64,000 bases of DNA from Trypanosoma brucei (lineage: Eukaryota), in the NCBI GenBank assembly GCA_000002445.1, contig CM000207.1:2464001-2528000 (forward strand), in the 5' to 3' direction. A model generated the notes under the pieces. The model was not told where the DNA came from. It ran no database searches and saw only the letters and a list, made by a program, of their open reading frames with translations. Shown here piece after piece: positions 47,590 to 59,983 of the stretch (its first letter is position 1; the number at the start of each line of letters is the position of its first letter). The translations under genes were made by a program, and so were the position numbers.

Positions 47590-48000
47590 TGATCAGTGGT
47601 GAAGCATCATCGGCCCGATCTACCGCTGGCAGGCGACGTCTAATGCCGCTCAACTGTCAGTGGCGCGTTTTTAACCCCAAAGGAAAAGACGACAAAGAGT
47701 GCAGATTGATTGAGGAAACCAAACAAAAAGCAGCAGAGCAAGAAAATTGAGAAATACGAGGGAAATATGGCAAACATGACCAGAAAACTCACCACATAAC
47801 CGGAATATGAGGCAGTAAACAAGGATAACAAAAATTATTGTGTATAGAGAAGTGGGAAAGATAACAAGGATGAAAAAGACACAAAAATTCCGTGATTCCA
47901 GTTTTCTCGTCAATAAGAAAATTTCTCTGATGGCTGCTTCTGTTTTAAGTTTGGTAGTATTAAAAGATTTTTCGCTTAGTTTTATTAAATACTTCATTTT
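47590..48000 (+). pseudogene. Orphan VSG 3' fragment (C-terminal domain remnant + GPI signal + 16-mer) immediately upstream of a 70-bp repeat
   Basis: ...KGKDDKECRLIEETKQKAAEQEN... is followed by KKTQKFRDSSFLVNKKISLMAASVLSLVVLKDF, a VSG GPI-signal type. Then comes ctgatatattttaatta at 48029-48045. Confidence 0.7.
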
Positions 48001-48055
48001 TGAGAGAATCTACAAAAATTTGAAACAATCTGATATATTTTAATTATTTTTTAAT

Positions 48056-48195
48056 AGTTAGAGTTATATAATAATTATGATATTAATAGAAGAGCACTGT
48101 AAGTGTATATATACTAATACTATAATAATAATAATAGGATAGTCTTGTGAGTGTGTTTATAATAATGTTATGATAAGAGTTGTGGTGAAGAATGA
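48056..48195 (+). repeat. 70-bp repeats (about 2 copies)
   Basis: ...aatagaagagcactgtaagtgtatatatactaatactataataataataataggatagtcttgtgagtgtgtttataataatgttatgataagagttgtggtgaag. Confidence 0.85.
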
Positions 48196-49589
48196 ATTTA
48201 ATGACAAAAATGGAAGCACCGAAAACAATGTTATGTGTGCAATTGCAGTAATTGAGTAAGTGTGATAGAACGAGATTTTATATGTGTAGATTTAAGCACA
48301 TATGTAAATATGGGTATCATTATACAAAAAGGTGATGGTTATTGATAGGAAGTGGGGGCAGAATGCGGTGTATAGGTCACATGGAATCGATACATTGTCT
48401 GTCGAAGATAAATTACACAAAAAAGAATAAACGAAAGTATGGAATAAAATAACCTAAGAGAAAATAGCACAGTATGAAAGGAAATTACACCGAAAATAAA
48501 TATGCTCCGTATTTCATGTGGAAATAGATATAATCCACTGCGAAGATAGTGCTTTGGAATGTGGTTGTTAATGTGATGGCGAATCCTATTTTTTAGAATG
48601 TGAAGAAATACAAAAAAGAGAAACTGATAGGAGGAGCGGATTGAGAAACTGTGAAGCAATTTAGAAGTATTCTCATCAAATGTAGTAATAATGACCGATG
48701 TGTGCTGGATATGACATAACATTGTCTTGAAAAGGATTTTAGAACTGGAACTACAAATGAGTTATCGCGGATAACAAAACAGACAAAACGCCGAAGTTTC
48801 TTAGAGTAGAACGTGTGTCAAGCTATGAATTATCTCTATGAAGCGAAGGGAAATAATGACGATATTCTTCCAATCTTGTATTGGTATATTTACCAGTCAT
48901 TAATAATTTTCAAGGATCAAGTAAACCATATAAAAGTGGTTGCCGACACAAAGTGAACGCCGCGTGTTTACAAATCAAAAAAGTGGAAGAAGGCGGTTTT
49001 GTGTCCACTGTTTTCAAGTCTTCAGCGACAGTGTCCGATAAAAAACAAGGATGTAAGGCAGAAAGACACTGCAAACCTTTTCGTGATAAACAACAATGCT
49101 TTCTAGTTATTACGCAGATATTCAATGTAGAATTGAAAGAAAATAGAACCAATAAAAAACATGAGATTTGAATTCCCATGCATAGAAATATTTCTTACTT
49201 TCATCCATCAACCTCAAAGATGAGACTGAACAAATACCATTGGTGAAAACCAAAAATAAACACACAAAGTGTGAGCAGGAAGAGCATTCGTAGTGGGTAT
49301 GCAATTAAACTGCCACCTTCAAGGTTACAACAACACAGAACGTAAATAGGCGATGTGTGATGCATCAAAAACAGCCACAACAGTTTAATGCAATTACTGA
49401 AACAAACACAAATGAAGCATAACCCAACTCACCATTGCAACACCCACCAGCAGCGTGACGAACGACTGCCACACAGCTCTAAACAGCACTTGCACGTCCT
49501 ACATACTTTTCAGCACGCCTTAATGAGGTTCTGCTCTGTGATACCCATAAATTCCTTAACTTTTGTCAATGTAGCTAGAGAAACGGACG

Positions 49590-51058
49590 ATGTTTAAGCC
49601 GACAGCAGTGGTGACGCTAACTCTTGTTTTTATCTGCATCGAACAGCATGCAGATGCCCAAGCACAGGAATCTTTGATTAGCGCTGTCACCACACCGTGT
49701 CATGAACTGCAGTATCTAAAAAAGTTAATAGGCCACTTCGAAGGACAATTACAAGCACCGAGCAACAACCTCAAAGATCTGGCGGCGGACTTCACCCAAC
49801 TGACAATCAGCCATGCGTGCTCAACGTCAACTTCAACGAAACAAGCGGTGGGAGCTTTTCTCGCGAAAAGATCTGAAGCAATGCACTAACAAGAAGCGAT
49901 TATTCAAGCTGGTAGAGGCACAGTAACGAAATTGTTAAGAGCACTTAAAGACAAGAGGATGCAAACACGAACACTAATAAGGTCTGCACTAGACAAACTA
50001 ACTCTAAGCGGCGGATCAAACCCGCAAACGGGACAGGCCGGCCTAAGCAGGGCCACCGACGAGCAGCGCGACGTGCAAGACACAGGCGATGGAAAAGACA
50101 GTAACACTTGCGACACCGAAGTCACAGCCGGAGCGCATAAAGAGGAAACAGTGATCACAGAGATACCCGCATCGAAAATATACAGCTTATCCCCGATGCC
50201 AAATTCAACCCACCGAGCTACAAGCTCAAAATAGCTTCGGCAGTGAGGGCTCAATGAGCACAATGAAACCAGGAGCCTACGCGATGACCCCGACATATGA
50301 CAGCACACCGCTCGGACAACTAACAAAAGCGTTCGGAGTAGTGTCAGCAACGCGTGACACGAGAAATGACCGGCCGACCAAAACAACCTTATTTAAGCCA
50401 GCTGGCAAAAATGCTGGCTGCGAAGATGACAACACAGACGAAAAAAAAAACCTAACAACGACTAAAAGATTAGCAGCCCTGCTTTTCCGGCACCGACACA
50501 TCAACATAAAGACAGTCGCCCGACCTCTTCAAAAGAGAAAAAATGACCTATAAAGTGACTCAACATTACGCAAAATAGCCCAGCTATTCAAACACCGAGA
50601 AACCAATAGTGCCGAAGAGGACAACAAGCAAACTTCAGCTGTCAAGGCGTTGCTCCCCAACGGCGAAGCAACCTTAACTTCAGATCTAAAACCGTTGGAA
50701 AACGAGCACATCAGTTACAAAGCAGACAACGGTATAGCAAAGATAAACTTAAAGGAAGCCAACAGCGCCGGCGAAATTGCGAAAACTCTTGATTTTTGTT
50801 TCGCAAAAGAACACGCCGCCAAAGTAGCGGAAAGAGCACAAAAGACAAACCCAGATACTAAAACAGAAGAAAAATACAAGGAAAACACAGAAGAAAAAAT
50901 GCAAAGAAGACAAAGATTGTGAGCTCAAAGATAGTAAATGCAAACTTAAAGAGGGTGTAAAAGCTGAAAATGATGTGAAAACTACAAACACCACAGGAAG
51001 TAATTCTTTTATCATTAAAAAGGTCCCTCTTTTGCTTGTATTTTTGATTATAGTATAA
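49590..51058 (+). pseudogene. VSG: VSG pseudogene (intact signal peptide, then multiple frameshifts)
   Basis: ATG at 49590. The signal peptide is MFKPTAVVTLTLVFICIEQHADA. The body is split over at least four frames (49590..49889, 49932..50234, 50254..50553, 50650..50922). It ends in a CTD plus GPI signal ...CELKDSKCKLKEGVKAENDVKTTNTTGSNSFIIKKVPLLLVFLIIV*. The CTD and 3' flank are paralogous to the 45039-46699 VSG. Confidence 0.9.
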
Positions 51059-51294
51059 CACATTTAAGAAATTTGCTCAATTTTTATGAAATATTCTAAC
51101 GTTTACCAATATCTGACATATTTTAGCACCTTTAAATTCCCCGTAAATTGTGTGCTTTTGTTAAATTTTGAGTGTGTACAATTTTTTGTTGCTTAAAATT
51201 TTCTCTTTTTTCTTTTGTTTTCTGTTGATTTTTTTTTGAATTTTTTGGGTTAGTTTTTTTGGTATGTTCGATGTAGTAAAACAGACAAAAAACC

Positions 51295-51340
51295 TAAAGG
51301 CAAGCTAGAAAATGTTAGGGGTAGGGTCATTCGGGTTGTG
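51295..51340 (+). repeat. Degenerate telomere-like repeat (gttaggggtagggtcattcgggttgtggttacg)
   Basis: Direct read. Homologous to 47250-47275. Confidence 0.75.
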
Positions 51341-51689
51341 GTTACGATTTGTAATTTTTGTTTTAATTTTTTAATGATGCAGCGGCTCTTTCTCGATGAA
51401 ACCCTAACACTTCTTACTCCAGCAGACATCTTTGCTTAAATTCTCTTGATATTCATTTTTACCACGCCGCCGTTACGCTTTTGTTCATTTTGATTTTGTG
51501 AATTTCAGCTCCTCATTTTTGGCTGCGCGCGGCGTTAAACATTTTTTTTCGTTAAAACAAAAGCTGGCGCATGGTCTAAGCTGCTGCACACAGCTTTTAT
51601 TTTTATTTTTTTACAGTGGCGTGTGGCAGTTTCGCTGCGGCCCTCCCTCTGCTTTTAAGGTGAGGTAGAAGCAAGCAAAAGATATTCAG

Positions 51690-52090
51690 CAGCAACACAT
51701 GAGGCCAATTTGGCAGCAAACTTTAGCGACGTGTGCAGACAGCAAGCGTTACACAACAAACGTGACCTGCAAAGCTAACGACTGCAAATGGGAAGGGGAC
51801 AGCGAAACCACTGCAAACCGAAAGATGGAGAAGCGCAGACAAACACAGCAGCAACAGAGGGAACTGTATCAACACAAGGCCCTAATTGTGACAAGTATAC
51901 TGATCCATAGAAATGTGCCAAGGTGCCACGCAAAGCTAAGGAGGGAAAGAAATCTGTTTGTGATTGGATTGATTTCATGGACGGACAGGAAAATTTTTGA
52001 ACCAAAATTCCGTGATTCAAGTTTCCTTGTAAGTAGAAAATTGGCTCTGATGTCTGCTGCTTTTCTGCGTGTGGTATCATTTTAAAGATT
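51690..52090 (+). pseudogene. Orphan VSG 3' fragment (CTD + GPI signal), paralogous to 47590-48000
   Basis: ORF 51699..52085 reads ...TCKANDCKWEGDSETT...EPKFRDSSFLVSRKLALMSAAFLRVVSF. It is followed by ttgatatattttaatac (52167-52183) and a 70-bp repeat. Confidence 0.7.
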
Positions 52091-52295
52091 TTTACTCAAT
52101 TAAATCAAATTTATTAAGTTTATGAAATTTTCTATTTTGAGAAAATTTGCTAGGATTAGCTAACAATTGATATATTTTAATACTTTTCGATAAAATATGA
52201 AAATTTAGAAAAATGTGAATGATAATAGCCTATGATTGCGATGTAAAATTGTAATATGATATGAAATGTGAGTTCTTTTCTGATTTTGGTGAAAT

Positions 52296-52345
52296 AGTAA
52301 TAGACTGTTGTGAGTGTGTATATACTAATATTATAATAAATGTCT
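52296..52345 (+). repeat. 70-bp repeat (partial copy)
   Basis: aatagtaatagactgttgtgagtgtgtatatactaatattataataaatg. Confidence 0.8.
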
Positions 52346-54077
52346 TGACGAACACATGGACTACAAAAATAGAAGAATTTAAAATCAGAGAGGGTACAAT
52401 GGAAGTGAATGAGTGAAGGAAAGTTCAAGGAATATATTTTATACGGAGAAACAGAAAGACAGAGAGAGTGTGGGGAAGAAATTAACGCAATAACAGACGC
52501 CGAAATAAAGAAGGGACTCTCATATGCCAACGAATGTGGAGGCAGTAATTATGAATAAACAGAGCACAGCGACCGAGAAAATGCAACTCCTACGTTTTAT
52601 ACAGTGATATCAAAGGAGAAACTGCTGGCGAAAGTGAGAGGGTTGGAAACGCCGTGAAAAAAGTCCATATATGAGCCAGTTGTGGCTATTTACGAATTGG
52701 AGGGAATAAACAGCGATACCTTTCTAATCCCGTACCTGTATTACAGGAAAACAGTAATACATTTCAATGAGTGGTTAATTGACACAAGGATTGTGACTGA
52801 GAAAACAAAAGATGACAATTAACAAAGCAAAATTGAAGAAGAAAAAGAAACTTTCAGGACTTTAATTGACAAATCTTAGACGGCGTCGTCAACAGCTGAA
52901 AGCAGGCATAAACAAAAGTTTATGCATGCTCTGGAAGAATAAAAGCCTCATCTTCTTATGACAGCGGAATGTGACAACAGCTATATAGCAGTAAATAGAA
53001 CAAATTAGAAACCACAAGATAAGAATCTTAACTCGTAGAAAGTAGTCTGGTGTTTTATATAGCTATAAGAATGAATTTGGGAACAAATAAAAAATATTCA
53101 AAGGGTAATGGACAGGAAGAAAAGTCTGTTAAACAACAGTTATGTCAAGTTCAATAGAAATAGAGAACGAAAATAACAGATGAGAATTCTTACTTTTTTG
53201 CTTTGTCCTGATTAGTTTGCTCGAAGTATCCAATTCTATCTTTTATTTACACAGGAAATACACGCAATAAAACAAGGCAAATGATTTTAAATGTCCAGAT
53301 CAGAGACGGTTGCCCTCAGTATTTTACAAGTAGAGTCTACGTTACTGTTTTTAAAAAGCAATTGAAGCTGGTGGAGCACAGTCAGGCGGTTTAAGCGGCT
53401 GTAAATGGATAGGGTCTGCTCAGTAGAAACAAAATTTAGGAATGTGAAAAAACGCCCGTCCTCAGAGCTGTCACCCCGGATAAAACAGAAAATCATTACT
53501 TACAGCAGTTTTTATGGGCACTAAATAAAATTGCAAGAACAAAAGTGGTGAATAAAAAGGCAATTCCAATGCAAAAATTAACTGCTATACGGGTTTGGCA
53601 AAACGGTTTCTCAAAAGGGTTCAAAGTCATGCGTACGAGTGAAGAGTCAGTGTTATGTAGTCGCTGATAAATTCATCCACAAAACAGGAATTGGACTACA
53701 ATAGAAGAACACAGCAAACATTAATGAAAGATGCTTTAGATATAGAATGGTATTTATCAAATTTGAAAATCGAGGCTATTTGCCTTAAGTGGGTGCCGTT
53801 TTCCGTTACTAAAGGAAGATGCTGGCCTCTTGAGTTCTTCTTTTTTGTTCCATACGTGTTTCTTAAAAGTAACAGACATCATGAAGCTATAACCACACGT
53901 GCTAGCACGTGACTTACAGAACAAGCAGAAAAATCGGCTCCATCGAGGCAACCCTAATATCGAGAAGGGGCGGAAAACAACATACCTACGTCTCCACCGG
54001 CAACCAATTGGCACAAACTCAACTTCTCTTGATATCCTTCACTCTAGGGACACGAGCTAGCACGAAGACACGAATTC

Positions 54078-55520
54078 ATGTCACTGCCCTTTATATGGAC
54101 GATAGCCGTACTAGCCACCGCAACCGGAACATTAGCGACCATTCATGAACACACAAAACAGGTTGCTACAGCTTGCGCCGCTGCCAGACAGTTTGGAGAA
54201 GCTTTAACGGTCATCAAATCAAAGGCAACGGACCCAATCACAAGCCAGGAAAAGTTACAAAAGGACTACACAAGACTTGTCCTCGCCGCTACGGCCACAC
54301 GCGGAGACCTGCGGATTGCGGCAGCAGCACTACTGCCGGTTGCGGGGAAACTGCTAGACGAAACCGCCGCAGATGTTTCCAGGCTAACAACCCTAGCCCT
54401 ACAGGTCACAGCCAAGATTGGCCGGCACCAAGGCGTAAAGGCTGTCCTAGCCGATATTGAATCACTGTCCGTTCCGACCATGGCAGACAGAACACTCAGT
54501 GAAAACGACTGACCAGGAGCCGACGGAGAGCAAATAAGATATACGCCGTTTTCTCACGCCAAAGGCACGCTTAAACAAGAACCAATAGACCAAACAAAGA
54601 CCATAAACGCCCCAGACATTTCACAAACCGGCACAACCCTGGTGTTTATCCATGCACAGGTGGAAACTCAAAAAAGCGGCTTGTCAAACAGCGTGACGAT
54701 CTGCGGAGAAACGGCCAGCAACCCAGGAGCAGACTACGAATCAGCAGCCCCCAACCAAAACCACCACCTACGCATGTCCGGAAGTGAGCTGTTAGACTTT
54801 AACAAACAAATCTACAAGAAGGGGACAACAACCGACGGAGAATACACAGCAGTAACGCCGACGTCCACCAACATCATACCAACGCAGGACTTTGTAACCG
54901 AAAACCTGGATGGCGTAAAAGCAATTGAAAAGGAGTTAAGCGGGATAGCAACCACCGGCAACGAGCTCGTGCAAGCGGCGATAAAAACCGACGAACACAC
55001 TCAACAAGCAATAAGGAAATTGATCCTCAAACACACAACTGAACAAGCCACTTCCGCGGAGGCAAACAAAATCAAAGACACGGTAAACCTCTTATACGGG
55101 GACGACCAGGAAGCTTTCACAGACATAGTCTGGAACCAAGTGGAGGCAGTAACAATTCCGAAATAGGTGATCGCTAATAGAAAAAAGACAGATGTCAAAT
55201 CTACAGAGAAAATTAGCGACCTTAGCGCAAGTGCAACTTCTTGCTTAATTCAAACTGAAAGCAGCGCAAATTCAGGAAAGGCCAAAGACAGCACACCACA
55301 GGAAGTAAGTAAGAAAACAGAAAACAGCGAGAAAACAGAAATAGACAAAAAACAAGAGTAAATTGCTCTAGCCATTCAACCAAGGAGACATGCGAAGCAG
55401 TGACAGGTACTCCTCCTACAGGCAAGGCCAAAGTTTGTGGATGGATTGAAGGCAAGTTTCAGGATTCCTCTATTCTCTTCAATAAAAATTGGCTCTTATT
55501 GCTGCTGCGTTTGTTATTTT
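54078..55520 (+). pseudogene. VSG: VSG pseudogene (intact signal peptide; at least 3 frameshifts/stops)
   Basis: ATG at 54078. The signal peptide is MSLPFIWTIAVLATATG. N-domain pieces lie in 54078..54512 and 54642..55166. The CTD is in 55167..55361. A GPI-signal region in yet another frame (...CEAVTGTPPTGKAKVCGWIEGKFQDSSILFNKNWLLLLLRLLFW) ends at about 55520. Confidence 0.9.
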
Positions 55521-55759
55521 GGTGTAATTTTAGGATTTTTTCAATTATTTGAGAGTTATGAAATATGTTATTTTTACCTAATTCGGTTAATTCGCTAAAC
55601 TTTGATATGTTTGATATAATCTGACACTTTTGATGAAATTGTGCAAAGCTGTAAAATTTTGAAAGTTTAGAAATTAGTGAACAATATGGACTTTGAAGAC
55701 ACAAAACTTTGGTATGCTATTGGCATATGGGCGCAAAGTTGTAAGATGATATCGTATGT

Positions 55760-55895
55760 AAATAATTAATATTCTAATTTGGTTTAGGTTTGTTTATTTT
55801 ATGTATATAAGTGAAGTTTATAATGGTAATAGCAATGATAATGATAGGAGTTTGTTTTGAATGCGTATATTGTAACATTGTTAATATAATAAGAG
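55760..55895 (+). repeat. 70-bp repeats (degenerate, about 1.5 copies)
   Basis: ...taatggtaatagcaatgataatgataggagtttgttttgaatgcgtatattgtaacattgttaatataataagagcag. Confidence 0.75.
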
Positions 55896-56927
55896 CAGTT
55901 TCGACTACCAAGCGGACTACCAAAATTGGAGCACTTAAACAATGTGAAAATGGAGCGGAAGTGAGAGGGAGTTATAGAGAACGAGAACTATTATTTTTAA
56001 ACTAAATACAGAAATTTAAAGAAGAAAGAAGTGATATACATGGACTTTTTTATCACTGTGCGGATTCACGGCTATCGTGGCTACCTTACACTAGTAATGA
56101 GGAAGAAATGTGTCTATGCACATCATATAACATGGCGTGATAGTGTGAGATTCAGCCTTGGAGAACAAGCCACTATCCACCAAAGCCTCCTCATGTGGAG
56201 ATTATTACCAACCAACTTCGCAAACAGATGGTAAACACAACACGGCCACCGTTCTATATACATGGTCTCCATTGCAGGACGCGGCACCACATATAGCTGG
56301 TGCGGCATCTCACCCTGTAAATTTACCACTTGCTCTACAGCTAATGACACGTATACAACTTCGATGGGTTTCCCTTGGACAGGGTACTTAACCCCAAAGC
56401 ATGAAGTATTCACTTTTTCTCAGATTGAGTTGCGCTTCACACAAATAAATATCTTCAACGTCCAAAAGTGCACTCACTATGGCACCACAGCAATCACTTA
56501 CCCCGGTAGATATACCAGTTTTCACGTCGTAACAGTTAGCCTCCGCAAAAAATTTTTATTCTTCCTCGGTACAAGACCCTGACACCACAATGAGGTTGCT
56601 ACCACTAACGCCAGGGGGTTGACGGTGCTTGGAATAGAAAGGATAAAAGTGATAGACCAGTAATTTGATACTTGGAAGAAGCTAAAAGTATTTAGATTTT
56701 TGCAACACACTCTTAAGGAGGGGTCTAAAGATGAATAAAAACTGACACAGTCCAGAAGCCATGGTGCAGAAACTTTCTCGACCAAAATGCATATCTCGTC
56801 AACGGCAAACCAAGAAATCTTAATACACCAACACCTCTCTAGTACCTAGTCAAGGAAAAGTGGAGCAGACCAACGAGGTGCAAAACTTCGAAACGAAAAC
56901 ACAACCTTCTCTTGGTGCACAGCGGTG

Positions 56928-58394
56928 ATGCAAAATCATGCCGTGTATTCTGCGGCTATGGCATTGTTCCTGGAATTTCAATCTCAGCTCAGCTCAGCAG
57001 GGCAAGTATCAGAGCCAGTCAGAAAAAAAACAGTATCAGTGTGCTCGGAACTGAAGTATCTAAAAATTGCAGCATGGAAGATAGAAGAAACAGCAAAGAG
57101 CGGCGAACCAGAGGCCAGAAAACTTGAAGAGTACGCTGATGCGTGGCTTTTACTGGTAATGCACGAAAGACAGGAGCAGAAAAGGCTAGCGACCGCCGCA
57201 CTCGCAGCATACAAGGTACAAAATGCGAAAGAAGCAGACCGATTAGTGTCCCGGCACAGAGCACTAGCGGAAGCCGCCGCACAAAGATTCTTACAAAGAG
57301 CGGCGTACTCTGAGGCTTTGATGTACTCCGAGCATGCCGTACCGAGCCAAACGCCCGCAGCCGACAACGCCGGGCCTCCAAAAACCTGCACATTCACAGC
57401 CTCATTCGCGCATAAAGTGCCAACCAGCTGCGACACAGACCAACAAGAGTCTGCTTTCCTTGGCGACGCAAGCTTCCACAACAAGGGAATCACGCACTTG
57501 CATATACTCAAAGAAGACAGATTAATCCCCCGTATAGGCAAATTTGTAGCAAAACTGAGAGGAACAGTCGACAGCCTGCAAACAGCCGCAACAGATTACG
57601 GCGGCGACAGCGATACCGACGTAACAGCAAATAACATAAAAGCGACACTGACGCTAAGCCCACTTACGGAAACACCAGACGGCGACGGCTACGCCTTAAC
57701 AGTAGACGGCCAAATCAAAGGGACCTGCAAGAAACCAACAGAAAAGGCAGAACAATCGCTGCGGTCGCGTGAATACGTAGCGGAGCCTTTCTTCGAGTGC
57801 ACGAAACAACCACTGCCTTCTGTCCCAGACCCAGAAAACTTCAGCGGAAGCGAACTCAAAAATAACGCTTTAATCAAAAAGTTATACAGAGAGAGCTGGC
57901 AAGTATACAGCGGCAAAAAAATAGAAGACTCTGACGCCGAAAAACAGCTCGAAAAGATATTTGGCGACAACAGTCAAAAAGTTTAAACCAATTTCGTTAC
58001 GCTACTAACAAGCACCAGGCTGCGAGTGGTGGCCGCAGCAGCTGAAAATGCAGCGGACTTGCTTACAATAGCCAAAAACACTCAGTCGGCACAAGCGATT
58101 ATTTTTATGACATCAGCCAACAAGGCGCCAGGAAAAGAGCAGAAACAAGAAACGTCGCAAGGAGGTGGCAAAAAAGATGCAGCAGAAGACAAAGCAGGAG
58201 AAAATAAAGACGGGGACAATAAAACAAACGCAGATGCATGCAAAGGAACTGAAGAGGGTAAATGTGACACAAAAAAATGCGCTTGGGATAAGGACAATAA
58301 AGAGTGCAAAGCTAAAGAGGGGGCAGCAGTTATTTCTTATCTGATGAAGGTCCCTCTACTGCTTGCATTTTTGCTTCTGCAATTAAGTGTTTAA
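56928..58394 (+). pseudogene. VSG: Near-intact VSG: single in-frame TAA (57984-57986) splits an otherwise continuous ~489-codon VSG reading frame; complete CTD and GPI signal
   Basis: ORFs 56925..57986 and 58026..58394 are in the same frame, separated by one stop. The C-terminus is ...CKGTEEGKCDTKKCAWDKDNKECKAKEGAAVISYLMKVPLLLAFLLLQLSV*. The N-terminus (MQNHAVYSAAMALFLEF...) lacks a strongly hydrophobic signal peptide. Confidence 0.9.
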
Positions 58395-58564
58395 AGATTT
58401 TGATTAATTTCATGAAATTCAAGAAATTTAGTATTTTGATATGTTTTCTAATATTGTCTAAATTTGCTAATATTTCATATATTTTAACACTTTTCCACGA
58501 AATGTAAAATTTTTGAAATTTAAAAAATAGAAAAATGAGTATGATAGTGACCTATGAATGTAAA

Positions 58565-58590
58565 GTAGTAGGGTTATAGGGTTTAAGAAA
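58565..58590 (+). repeat. Telomere-like repeat remnant (agtagggttatagggtttaag)
   Basis: Direct read. Confidence 0.7.
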
Positions 58591-58654
58591 CGGATTCTGT
58601 CCTTAGAACTTTTATTTTTGTTAATTTTTTATTTATTTTACGTATATCTTTAGG

Positions 58655-58735
58655 AATATAGTAATGATAATCACAGAGGGTTGTGTTGTGAATGTGTGTA
58701 TATACGAATATTATTATAAGAGTTGTTGTGAAAAC
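58655..58735 (+). repeat. 70-bp repeat
   Basis: atagtaatgataatcacagagggttgtgttgtgaatgtgtgtatatacgaatattattataagagttgttgtg. Confidence 0.85.
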
Positions 58736-59983
58736 TGGATTTGTGGTCAAAATAGTAGCGCTTCAAACAATTAAAAGGCTGCAATAGGGGTAAAGAAGTG
58801 TGAGCAAAGTATGAAGAATATTGTTCAATAAAACAAAGAGAGATATGAAAGAAGATGTAATTTTAACTGTTTCAAACATAAACATGACCATCGGCATCAT
58901 GTAAAAAAGAAATGAAGGAATATAACGTGCAAGCTAAATTGAATGGATTTAACTAACATAACGAAGCGGTAATAGTTGAGAATGACCAAATAAATCATTT
59001 CTAATATGCTTCTAAGAACTCTTCGATAGATGCATTTTTCCTAAAGAAACTTTCATGGATAAACAGCAACATAACAAAGGGAAAGAAGCTTATAAAGTGC
59101 ATATAATTAGTCTATAATTTTTTCTCTAATCAGAACTAACCACGCTTACCAAACAATACCTGAGAAAACAGCTGTTAACTTCATGAAATAATCTGCAAAG
59201 AGCGAAAAACACCACCAAATATAGAAAACCTAACGCAAAGTAGAATAATTAAGCAAAAAGGAAAGGAATTGACGTAATAAAGATATTATTGTATCATAAG
59301 ATAGTGTGGAAGTTCTGACATTTAGTGACCTCTATATTCAGGCTAATTTGAAAGGGTATTAGATAGAACCGAGCTTTTTGTTGTCTTCTAGATTCAAGTA
59401 TGTAAATGTGTCATCAATGAGCTGAAAAGACAGCTGTAGTAGTAGTAGTAGTGTAAAAGTGATGTGAGTTATAAGAGAGAAAAAAATACCGTCACAGAAG
59501 CCAGAAAAATACCACCATCTTGCAAAGAAAATTAACCGACATGGTGAAGCTTCGGTAGTATAGCAGTTACGATAGCTGCACAAGCAAAGGTGTAGCATGT
59601 ACCTTAAAAACATAATAAATGCAATGAAGAAGAAAAGTTCAATACCAAAATGTTACCTGGAAAGACACCTCTGTAATACATAATAAAGCCAGTTATGATT
59701 TTACACAACAGACAAACAGACACAACTGCCAGCAGCTAGATGCAGACGACAAGCGGCAGTGCACAGAAAGCGATCCTCAACTCGGTGCTGAGCACATAAA
59801 AGCCTGGCTAACAGCGGACGTACACGAAAAAGCTGACCAATCAGGCGCAATACAGTGTAAAAGACAGGCTTTCATCTGCTAATGCTACACTGCCTCCTGT
59901 TTCACAAGGTAACAAAACGATAGCACCCTCCAGAAAAACGAAACATCTCTTATAACACGCTAAAGAAAGTGCAATAACTACAC

